Assembly: GCA_044236265.1 (NCBI GenBank)
Contig: JBIIGV010000091.1
Location: 1 to 11,530 of the forward strand
Reading direction: 5' to 3'
DNA length: 11,530 bases
DNA from: Oligoflexales bacterium
GTDB lineage: Bacteria; Bdellovibrionota_B; Oligoflexia; Oligoflexales; RGVZ01
Part shown: positions 1-7,185 of the stretch, one piece after another
Layout: each line of letters begins with the position of its first letter
How positions within the stretch are numbered: position 1 is the stretch's first letter
Made by a program: the position numbers and the translations under genes
The notes under the pieces: generated by a model
What the model was told of the DNA's origin: nothing
The model's database searches: none
What the model saw: only the letters and a program-made list of their open reading frames with translations

Positions 1-1256
1 TCACCGTCAAAGAATGTAATGCTAGAGGCAGTATAGGTTGGTGCTGTGTTGCCACTTCCGCCGCCAGTTCCGCTGCCTGAAGGTTCTCCCGTAGGAGAGT
101 CGTCAGATGGAGGGGGTGGGGAGCTAGGTGGTGGATCGGATGGTGCCGTCGGTGGAGTGTAATTGGAACTGTAACAAGCGGTACCCGCAAGTGCTGCGCT
201 AGATACGCAATCAGCGTAAACGGTGTCATATCGAGACTCAATCGTTGATTGTTGTTGGGCCGCGATGCTCGGACTTTCCGCCTGGCGATATAAAGTCGAC
301 TGAATTTGGTAGGCGGCGTACGTAGGTGCAAAGGAGGTGTCTGTTTCAGCCGCCTTTTTCAGGACATTGTTACCAATTTCATAGGGAGTTGAGGTCTCAA
401 TGCCGTGATTCACGCGGTAAGCTAAAACCGAAATGGGAATAGACTCGGCATAAGTACTGAACATTGATGAAGACTCAGCTTGTGCCACCTGTTCCACAAC
501 GACCGATGGCGATTTGCCTTGAGCAACCAGTGTGCTCAAAGCTTTGTTCGACTCTTGAGTCATTTGACGGGTTAGGCTGGTTAGATTGATGGAATTAGCT
601 TTTATGTTTTCCTCTTTTTGTTTTTGTACGGTGAGGTAAACGCTACTTGCCACTTGCATAAGATCGGCGATGCGGAATGCTGAGACGGCAAAAGCCTTCG
701 TTGAGTCTGCATCACCAGCGACGGCTTTCGCCGATGCAATCTCCATCATTTTTGCGGCTATGGAGGATGTTCCGTCGATAATCGTCTTGGCTGTCAGGTC
801 CTTGAAAATCGCGGGTAGCACCGTTGCGAATAGTTTGCCGTCAGAGCGCGAGAGTTTTAAAACTAAATAAGACCCTTTGGGCGCATTTACTTTGAGGCTA
901 AATTGATTTGTTGACGCGGTGGCGGAGCCTACAAGTGTTTGCGTTCCATTTTTTTCCAAAGCATATGCGTTAATAGTATAAGTCAATGTCGTTGCAAGGT
1001 TTACGCCGCCAATCTGCACGGACTCATCTGCTTGAGTAAAGTCAGTTGGATCGTCTTCTTTGACTGTACCGGTGACCTCGACGCTCTTGCTGGAAGCACC
1101 AGCTGAGGCAGAAGGTCCGGTGGCATTTTTGCGACAACCAAATTGAATTGATGTCATCAAAAGTACTAGTGCCCAAATGCTGGTCAGGCGTGATGACATT
1201 TGAGTTAATTTAATTCTCGGAAAGACTGATAAAGTCAAAACGATCTCCCTCTCCAT
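1..1256 (-). CDS. Putative secreted lipoprotein of unknown function, 3'-truncated by the window edge
   Basis: Manual translation shows an uninterrupted minus-strand frame from ATG 1256 (upstream in-frame TAA at 1280-1278) through base 3 with no stop (418 codons), so it is missing from the ORF track. Alternative starts are TTG 1238 (preceded by GAGAGGGAG, SD-like) and ATG 1199. From 1199 it reads MSSRLTSIWALVLLMTSIQFG-C-RKNATG, a hydrophobic signal with an imperfect lipobox (Cys 1136-1134). The visible end is C-x10-C followed by YTPPTAPSDPPPSSPPPPSDDSPTGEPSGSGTGGGSGNTAP. Confidence 0.85.
   Translation of the reverse strand, partial: MEREIVLTLSVFPRIKLTQMSSRLTSIWALVLLMTSIQFGCRKNATGPSASAGASSKSVEVTGTVKEDDPTDFTQADESVQIGGVNLATTLTYTINAYALEKNGTQTLVGSATASTNQFSLKVNAPKGSYLVLKLSRSDGKLFATVLPAIFKDLTAKTIIDGTSSIAAKMMEIASAKAVAGDADSTKAFAVSAFRIADLMQVASSVYLTVQKQKEENIKANSINLTSLTRQMTQESNKALSTLVAQGKSPSVVVEQVAQAESSSMFSTYAESIPISVLAYRVNHGIETSTPYEIGNNVLKKAAETDTSFAPTYAAYQIQSTLYRQAESPSIAAQQQSTIESRYDTVYADCVSSAALAGTACYSSNYTPPTAPSDPPPSSPPPPSDDSPTGEPSGSGTGGGSGNTAPTYTASSITFFDG
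39..161 (-). repeat. Low-complexity Pro-rich then Gly/Ser-rich interdomain linker
   Basis: Translates to YTPPTAPSDPPPSSPPPPSDDSPTGEPSGSGTGGGSGNTAP; seen as GGT/GGA-rich tracts on the + strand. Confidence 0.8.
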
Positions 1257-1267
1257 TAGTAGAGTGG

Positions 1268-1295
1268 TATTCGGATGTTATCGGTTATCTCTTTA
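1268..1295 (-). promoter_or_regulatory. Candidate sigma-28 (FliA)-type promoter for the left lipoprotein gene
   Basis: Minus strand reads TAAAG(1295-1291)-N15-TCCGAATA(1275-1268), similar to the FliA consensus TAAA-N15-GCCGATAA with one extra spacer base. A second -10-like ACCGATAA (1285-1278) lies inside the spacer. The same geometry recurs at 7101-7128. Confidence 0.55.
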
Positions 1296-1472
1296 ACTCA
1301 AATTTCAACTCGCCATTGCTCAGCAGAAAAAGTGTGCAGAATTCCATGCTAGGGGCCTGAATTCTAAGCCTTTTTACCGGTCAATTTGGCGGATTTAAAT
1401 TGCGGGCCAACGGGGCAATTGAATATCCTCTCGGCCACGAAATGGGCTGGATTTAGATTTGGCGGGATTGGG

Positions 1473-2663
1473 ATGACTAAAGAGCCGTTTTTTTGGACGT
1501 GGACGAAGCAGACTTCGGATGCAGCTTACGCATTAGCCTCAACAAATTCTTGCCGCCTACAAATACTAAATGAAAGCTCGGTTTTCGATGGTATGTCCAG
1601 CAACTTTCAAGCTGGCTTTGGTCACAGCTGTGCTCCCATCAAGAATGCAATCAAGCGTCAGCTTGACGAGTTCCCGGTCGCAAGCCCAAAGTTTTCATTT
1701 GATCTGAAGGCGCGAGTCAGTTGTGGCCTGATCAATTTGGTCAACTGTGGTGATGCGCGCATCTTTTATACCCTGTCTGGTGCTGAGTCTATTGAAAACG
1801 CATTGAAGATGGCTCGTCAAATTTCTGGCAAAACGATTATTTGTGCGCGCCGAAAGAGCTATCATGGTGCGACACTTGGCGCCATGTCAGTGACGGGAGA
1901 TTGGCGAGGGCAGGGACACTTTGGAGTGTCTGAATGCACAATGCGTATTCCTGAGCCGTCGGAAGATCCTGATTTAGCCAAGACTCGCACACTGATCCAG
2001 TCGGTGGGCCCTGAAAATATTGCGGCATTTTGCCTTGAGACAATATCAGGAATGAATGGAGTCATAATTCCCCCTAAAACCTGGTGGGAGGGCATATCAT
2101 CCATTTGCAAAGAGTTTGGAATTTTTTTGATCATTGATGAGGTCAGTTGCGGATTTGGGCGGACCGGTCCAGCATTTGCACTTCACCATTATAATATCGA
2201 TCCTGATTTTGTTTGTATGGCAAAAGCGATCACCGGAGGTTATGTCCCGTTTGGAGCTCTGTGGGTCAAGGAATCAGTGTCCCAATTTTATGATCACCAT
2301 GTTCTGAGTGCTGGCTTAACGGCTTATGCCCATCCGCTGGGACTTGCAGCAACGGAGGCTGTGCTTGAGATTTGGTGTGATCCTAAGTTTCAAGATAATA
2401 AGCGACTGCTTGAACAAGCGTTTGCAGAGGGTTCTAGTAATTTGAAAAAAAATCAAGCGGTGAAGGACGTGAGATCTATCGGATTGATTGCTGCCATAGA
2501 GCTCACAGATGGACTCACATTATCTTGGCAGCATTTTATTAAAGCAGGTGTTCATCTGGCGGTTAAAGAAAATACAATCGTAGTGGCGCCGCCCATGGTG
2601 ATGAGCCCCGACGAATGCGAAGAGATGTTTGCCTTAGTCGGTGAAGCAATCCAGAGACGATGA
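1473..2663 (+). CDS. Class-III PLP-dependent aminotransferase (omega/beta-amino acid transaminase, taurine/beta-alanine transaminase-like)
   Basis: Motifs SGAESIENALKMAR, SYHGAT, TGDWR, ETISG, IIDEVSCGFGRTG, PLP lysine in AKAITGGYVP (AAA 2223-2225) and GLTAYAHPL. The ORF track opens at TTG 1386, but ATG 1473 (MTKEPFFWTWTKQ, after GGCGGGA/GGG) fits the usual F-x-[ST]-W-x-x-Q N-terminus better. Confidence 0.9.
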   Translation: MTKEPFFWTWTKQTSDAAYALASTNSCRLQILNESSVFDGMSSNFQAGFGHSCAPIKNAIKRQLDEFPVASPKFSFDLKARVSCGLINLVNCGDARIFYTLSGAESIENALKMARQISGKTIICARRKSYHGATLGAMSVTGDWRGQGHFGVSECTMRIPEPSEDPDLAKTRTLIQSVGPENIAAFCLETISGMNGVIIPPKTWWEGISSICKEFGIFLIIDEVSCGFGRTGPAFALHHYNIDPDFVCMAKAITGGYVPFGALWVKESVSQFYDHHVLSAGLTAYAHPLGLAATEAVLEIWCDPKFQDNKRLLEQAFAEGSSNLKKNQAVKDVRSIGLIAAIELTDGLTLSWQHFIKAGVHLAVKENTIVVAPPMVMSPDECEEMFALVGEAIQRR

Positions 2664-3409
2664 GGAATTTTCCAATGGATCAGCCAACAAAAAAAAGCCG
2701 TAAGTTATTCGCTAATGCCAAAGATGCACTCTTTGATTTTAGGTCAGGTGTCACACTTATGAGCGGTGGATTTGGTCTCTGTGGTATTGCAGAAAACTCG
2801 ATCGCAGCGATTGCTGAGATGCCCGTTAAAGACTTGACGGTTATCTCTAACAATATTGGAAACTCTGGTCGCGGCCTGGTTGCGTTGCTGAGAGCTCGTC
2901 AAATAAGCAAAGCCTACTGTAGTTACGTAGGCGGAAACCCAGATCTTGAACAGCAGATGATGGCTAGTGAAATCGAAGTGGAGCTGGTGCCGCAAGGTAC
3001 GCTTTGTGAGCGGATTCGTGCAGCTGGGCTCGGAATTCGTGGGTTTTACACGCCAACTGGCTATGGGACCCCCATCGCTGAGGGCAAGGAAACCAGAGTC
3101 TTTGACAAACCATGCGTTTTGGAACTCCCTCTCCATGCCGACTTTGCCATCATCAAAGCGCAACGGGGGGATACATACGGAAATCTTTGGTTTAAGGAGT
3201 CAGCCCGTAACTTTTCACCACTAATGGCCATGGCTGCCAAGGTGACCATTGTTGAGGTCGAAGAGTTAGTGCCTATGGGAGAGATTGCTCCGGAGGATGT
3301 TCATCTACCCGGAGTGTTTGTGCAGCGGATTTTTCAAGGCTCAGGCTATCGCAACGATATCGAGATATTAAAATTAGATGCGAGATCTTCTGGGGAGGCT
3401 AGGTCATGA
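2660..3409 (+). CDS. scoA: 3-oxoacid CoA-transferase subunit A (family I, ScoA/PcaI/AtoD-like)
   Basis: GGFGLCG glycine motif, ISNN, SYVGGN, PQGTLCERIRAAGLG, YTPTGYGT, GNL, ARNFSPLMA, VHLPGVFV. ATGA overlap with the upstream stop (alternative start ATG 2675). Substrate not established; the symbol reflects family resemblance. Confidence 0.9.
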   Translation: MRNFPMDQPTKKSRKLFANAKDALFDFRSGVTLMSGGFGLCGIAENSIAAIAEMPVKDLTVISNNIGNSGRGLVALLRARQISKAYCSYVGGNPDLEQQMMASEIEVELVPQGTLCERIRAAGLGIRGFYTPTGYGTPIAEGKETRVFDKPCVLELPLHADFAIIKAQRGDTYGNLWFKESARNFSPLMAMAAKVTIVEVEELVPMGEIAPEDVHLPGVFVQRIFQGSGYRNDIEILKLDARSSGEARS

Positions 3410-4071
3410 GTCGCGGTGCGGATTACGGCAGGGGATGGACAAAAGAGGAGATGCTCCAGGAAGTGATTGCACTGTTCACAGATGGTTGCAGTGTTAATCT
3501 TGGAATCGGCCTTCCAACTGCAATTGCAGAGATGCTTCCTCAGGATCTAGATGTTTTTATTCAGTCCGAAAATGGAGTGTTAGGTGTGGCTGGTCGTCCG
3601 ACCAAAGACACGGTTTCGCCCACGCTTATTAACGCCGGTAAGGAAACTATCACTATTCGCCCCGGTGCCAGTTTTTTTGATAGCGGTTTAAGTTTTGGCA
3701 TGATCCGCGGCGGGCATATTGATTTTTGCGTGCTTGGCGGCATGGAAGTTGATAGCGAGGGTAGCCTGGCGAATTGGATCGTGCCCGGTCAGAAAATCAC
3801 TGGAATGGGTGGCGCTATGGATTTGGTGCATGGGGCCCGCCAAGTGATCGTTGTGATGACCCATTTCAACAAAGTGGGAGAGCCGAAGTTAAAGGAGATC
3901 TGCACGCTGCCTCTTACCGGGAAACATGTGGTGGATCTCGTTTTAACTGAGCTGGGTATTTTTGCTCCTAAGAATGGTCGATTTCATGTCCGAAAGTTAG
4001 CCCCCGGTGTTTCATTTGAAGATCTGAAGATTCCCATGAGTTTAATCAAGGCCAAAGAGGTTCTGGCGTGA
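3406..4071 (+). CDS. scoB: 3-oxoacid CoA-transferase subunit B (family I, ScoB/PcaJ/AtoA-like)
   Basis: VNLGIGLPT, catalytic Glu in QSENG (GAA 3568-3570), LINAGK, SFGMIRGGHID, LANW, GMGGAMDLV, CTLPLTG. ATGA overlap with subunit A and a GGAGG SD upstream. Confidence 0.92.
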   Translation: MSRGADYGRGWTKEEMLQEVIALFTDGCSVNLGIGLPTAIAEMLPQDLDVFIQSENGVLGVAGRPTKDTVSPTLINAGKETITIRPGASFFDSGLSFGMIRGGHIDFCVLGGMEVDSEGSLANWIVPGQKITGMGGAMDLVHGARQVIVVMTHFNKVGEPKLKEICTLPLTGKHVVDLVLTELGIFAPKNGRFHVRKLAPGVSFEDLKIPMSLIKAKEVLA

Positions 4072-5237
4072 CTAGCTTTAAAAATACGAATGATGGTCGA
4101 CCAGTGTTTTTTGCCGGACTTCGGACCCCGTTTACAACCGCTCACCGCGGCGGTTTCAAAGAAATCAGGCCTGATGATCTTTTAGTTACGCTTATGCGTG
4201 AGCATAGGGCACGATTCACATCAATTTATGACTCTGAGATTGACGACGTGATCGTTGGCTGCGCCTATCCTGAGGGAGAGCAGGGGTACAATGTTGCTCG
4301 GCAAGCAAGTCTTGGGGCAGGGCTATCAGCCTCCGGCGTGACGGTGAATCGTCTTTGTGGATCGTCGCTGGAGGCTTTATCCATTGCGTCAGCCCAAATT
4401 GCAGCAGGTCGAGGTGCGTGTTACCTAGTGGCCGGCATTGAATCCATGAGTCGCATACCACGGCGAGGTGCTAATTTTTCGGAGTCACTGGCGATTCGCG
4501 CGGCGTCTCCCGATGCCTACGTGACTATGGGTGAAACGGCCGAGAATGTTGCGAGGAAGTATCCTCACCTTAGTCGCGGGATACAGGAAGAGTTCTCTGC
4601 GCGGAGCCATGAGCTTGCGTACAAAGCATGGACATCGGGGTTTTATAATAACGATGTGATGGCAGTTCAAAATTTGAGGTTGGACGAGGCCGTTCGGTTT
4701 CCAGTTAATCTTGAAAAAATGGCAAATCTTCCTCCCGCATTTAACACGGCCGGTGTGGTCACAGCGGCCACAAGTTCGCCGATGAGTGATGGCGCTACTT
4801 GTGGTTTTGTAACGTCCATAAGTTTTGCCAAAGAGATTGGCGTCCAGGTCGCTTTGGAAGTCCTTGATATCCAGACGGCTCACGTGCCACCCGAAATCAT
4901 GGGTCTTGGTCCTGTCCCTGCTGTACAAAAGATTCTAAAGCGTCACGATTTGAAGACATCCGAAATCTCGGCGGTTGAAATGAATGAAGCATTCGCCATT
5001 CAGGTCATGGCATGCATGGATGAGTTGGACTTACGACCCGAGCAGATGAATGCATGGGGTGGAGCCTTGGCTTTGGGTCACCCATTGGGGGCTACAGGTA
5101 TACGACTGATGATGACTCTGCAGGCTAGAATGATGCATGCAGGTTTTACAAACGGCCTTGGCATAGCATCGTTGTGCGTGGGTGGTGGTCAAGGCATGGC
5201 AGTCCTCGGTCGACTAATTGATGTTTCAAAAGGATAA
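4068..5237 (+). CDS. fadA: Thiolase (acetyl-CoA C-acyltransferase), degradative FadA-type
   Basis: RTPF, RPDDL, GCAYPEGEQG, nucleophile Cys in NRLCGS, MGETAE, NEAFA, GHPLGATG, CVGGGQG. GTG start overlaps the upstream TGA (GTGA), with AAAGAGG SD. The symbol reflects subfamily resemblance only. Confidence 0.92.
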   Translation: MTSFKNTNDGRPVFFAGLRTPFTTAHRGGFKEIRPDDLLVTLMREHRARFTSIYDSEIDDVIVGCAYPEGEQGYNVARQASLGAGLSASGVTVNRLCGSSLEALSIASAQIAAGRGACYLVAGIESMSRIPRRGANFSESLAIRAASPDAYVTMGETAENVARKYPHLSRGIQEEFSARSHELAYKAWTSGFYNNDVMAVQNLRLDEAVRFPVNLEKMANLPPAFNTAGVVTAATSSPMSDGATCGFVTSISFAKEIGVQVALEVLDIQTAHVPPEIMGLGPVPAVQKILKRHDLKTSEISAVEMNEAFAIQVMACMDELDLRPEQMNAWGGALALGHPLGATGIRLMMTLQARMMHAGFTNGLGIASLCVGGGQGMAVLGRLIDVSKG

Positions 5238-5246
5238 GAGCTTCGA

Positions 5247-6809
5247 ATGACAAATTTTAAAATCACCTATTCAACATTCTCTAATGATGAGTCTCTCCAC
5301 CAGGCGTTTGACAAGGCCATCAAAGATCACTTGCATCAGTTTGGGAGGGCCTTTCCTGCGCGAGTTGGCTACGAGCGGATAGTGGAGGCTCACTCCTATT
5401 TGACGTCGATCAATCCCTCAGATACGCGGCAATCCCTGCATCGGTTTGAGGTGATGCCTTTGGACAAAATCGCTGATGTGGTGAGTCTTGCTAAAGGGGC
5501 TCAGAAATCATGGAGCAGCTTGCCATGGCAGTCACGAGTTGCGTGTCTCCGAAAAGCTGCCACGATCATTCGCGATCGGAAAATGGAGATTGCAGCCGCT
5601 GTATGTTTGGAGGTAGGGAAAAACCGCCTTGAGTCCTTGGGCGATGTTGAGGAGTCGGCCGATCTATTTGATTACTATGCAACACAAGTTGAGGAAAACT
5701 GTGGTTATGTAAAGCCATTGATGTCGTTGCTTCCCAACGAGACAACAGCTAGTCATATGCGTCCGTATGGGGTTTTTGCCGTGATTGCTCCGTTCAATTT
5801 TCCATTTGCATTAGCCGCAGGGATGTCGGGGGCTGCGCTACTTGCAGGAAATTCTGTTGTGTTAAAGCCTAGTGAGGAGACTCCTTGGACAGGGGAACTT
5901 CTATTTGAAGTTCTGCGCGATGCGGGTTTACCTGAGGGTGTTCTTCAGATTTGTCACGGGAAAGGGGACACTGTGGGTGCGACCTTGACAAGTCATCCTG
6001 ATATTGCAGGCGTGGCTTTTACTGGAAGTGCTGCAGTTGGAAGACTGCTGTTTCATAAAATGAGCTCTGGACCATTCGTCAAGCCCTGTCTCATGGAATT
6101 AGGTGGTAAGAACGGTTGTATCGTTACCGCAACAGCAGATTTGAAGGCTGCAGCGGCTGCCTGCGCTAAGTCAGCGTTTGGATTATCTGGTCAAAAATGC
6201 TCAGCTCTTTCACGAATTATTGTTCATAATGATGTCGCAGATGAATTTATAGACCTGCTAATTCAAGAGACTAAGGCATGGAAGGTTCTGCCAGCGAGGA
6301 GTCGCGACGCCTCCTTGGGCCCAGTTATTAATAAGTCCAGTGTGACGCGCTATCATGATGCATTGACTCTGGCGCGAGAGACGGCTGAGGTTTTATTTGT
6401 TAAACAACCTGAAGATTCAGCATCAACTTTGTATGGTCACTTTGTCGGACCGGTGATTGTAAAATGTCCATCAGATCACAATTTGATGAAAGAGGAACTC
6501 TTTCTTCCGTTCGTGTGTGTCACCGCCTATGGAGCGTTTGATGAAGCCATGGCGATCCTAAACAGCGTCGACTATGGACTCACTGCCGGTATTTTTTCGG
6601 GAGATGAAAACGAACATAAAATGTTCGTCGATGATGCTGAAGCCGGAGTTCTTTACGTGAATCGTAAGGCCGGTGCAACGACCGGAGCATGGCCAGGAGT
6701 ACAGGCTTTCTGTGGTTGGAAGGCAAGTGGAGCGTCTGGCAAAGGTGGCTGTGGTCCCTATTACGTATCGCAGTTCATGAGGGAGCAGTCGCGGTCGCTT
6801 TACAAGTAA
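5247..6809 (+). CDS. Aldehyde dehydrogenase, P5C-dehydrogenase (RocA/PruA)-like subfamily, probably NAD+-dependent
   Basis: APFNFP, LKPSEETP, FTGS, catalytic Glu in ELGGKN (6096-6098), catalytic Cys in GQKCSA (6198-6200), EELFLP, YGLTAG, TTGAWPGVQAFCGWKASG. GQKCSA and the TGA...Q.F.GWK.SG ending resemble the P5CDH group. Starts 9 bp after the thiolase stop. Confidence 0.88.
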   Translation: MTNFKITYSTFSNDESLHQAFDKAIKDHLHQFGRAFPARVGYERIVEAHSYLTSINPSDTRQSLHRFEVMPLDKIADVVSLAKGAQKSWSSLPWQSRVACLRKAATIIRDRKMEIAAAVCLEVGKNRLESLGDVEESADLFDYYATQVEENCGYVKPLMSLLPNETTASHMRPYGVFAVIAPFNFPFALAAGMSGAALLAGNSVVLKPSEETPWTGELLFEVLRDAGLPEGVLQICHGKGDTVGATLTSHPDIAGVAFTGSAAVGRLLFHKMSSGPFVKPCLMELGGKNGCIVTATADLKAAAAACAKSAFGLSGQKCSALSRIIVHNDVADEFIDLLIQETKAWKVLPARSRDASLGPVINKSSVTRYHDALTLARETAEVLFVKQPEDSASTLYGHFVGPVIVKCPSDHNLMKEELFLPFVCVTAYGAFDEAMAILNSVDYGLTAGIFSGDENEHKMFVDDAEAGVLYVNRKAGATTGAWPGVQAFCGWKASGASGKGGCGPYYVSQFMREQSRSLYK

Positions 6810-6867
6810 TCTCAGTTTCAGTGGTTATGCTATTCGCTTCATTGCTGACCATTGCAATTATAATCGC

Positions 6868-7039
6868 CTAAGCTAGCTGCGTGATCGCCTCGACTAACTT
6901 TTCGAGCTGCACTGGTTTCGAAATATCTGTTGAGAAACCTCGCCTTTTTTCTGCGTTCAATGGAGGTCTATGGGGTGGGATTCCTGCGTTACTTGGATGT
7001 TGTCCTTCTGATTTTATTGGTAAATCCTCAGCGGGGCAT
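6868..7039 (-). pseudogene. Probable decayed response-regulator receiver-domain remnant
   Basis: A start-less minus-strand frame ends ...GIP...GFSTDISKPVQLEKLVEAITQLA* (TAG 6870-6868), matching the receiver beta5-KP-alpha5 pattern. An adjacent frame gives MP-R-*-GFTNKIR from 7039, resembling MPxxDG...IR. Confidence 0.4.
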
Positions 7040-7054
7040 TAAAGATTTTGGCTA

Positions 7055-7080
7055 AAAAACTCATAATATTAGGGGTTTTT
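7055..7080. promoter_or_regulatory. Imperfect 26-bp palindrome upstream of the adhesin promoter (possible operator or weak terminator)
   Basis: AAAAACTCATAATATTAGGGGTTTTT: 11 of 13 positions pair around a perfect TAATATTA core; followed by a T7 run at 7083-7089. Confidence 0.3.
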
Positions 7081-7100
7081 AGTTTTTTTGGCATAATCTC

Positions 7101-7128
7101 TAAAGAGTTTTCTGTCGACGTCCGACCA
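7101..7128 (+). promoter_or_regulatory. Candidate sigma-28 (FliA)-type promoter for the large adhesin gene
   Basis: TAAAG(7101-7105)-N15-TCCGACCA(7121-7128), about 60 bp upstream of the start codon. Shares TAAAGAG-N13-TCCGA exactly with the element at 1295-1271. Confidence 0.55.
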
Positions 7129-7185
7129 TTCAGGAGAGGAAAAAGGCCCTGATAATCCTGGTTTGGGAGCCGTTCGACGGGGTGA

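Larger units (their letters stand above)
1473..6809 (+). other. Five-gene operon with translational coupling
   Basis: Junctions are ATGA (2660-2663), ATGA (3406-3409), GTGA (4068-4071) and a 9-bp gap (5238-5246); all genes are on the same strand. Confidence 0.9.

Noticed and set aside
670..870. 66-aa + strand ORF
   Set aside because: Antisense shadow of the long minus-strand lipoprotein frame.
1386..1472. TTG-initiated 29-aa N-terminal extension of the aminotransferase, or a structured leader/riboswitch (GGCC...GGCC weak hairpin)
   Set aside because: The extension has no family-like sequence and ATG 1473 fits better; no recognisable riboswitch consensus.
1837..4928. Short ORFs at 1837, 1862, 2744, 2967, 3061, 3561, 4216 and 4485
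   Set aside because: Fully nested in well-supported enzyme genes, with no recognisable motifs.
6689..6871. 60-aa ORF with a hydrophobic tail (internal MLFASLLTIAIIIA at 6827-6871) as a membrane micropeptide
   Set aside because: Overlaps the ALDH out of frame, has no convincing RBS, and is too short to distinguish from chance.
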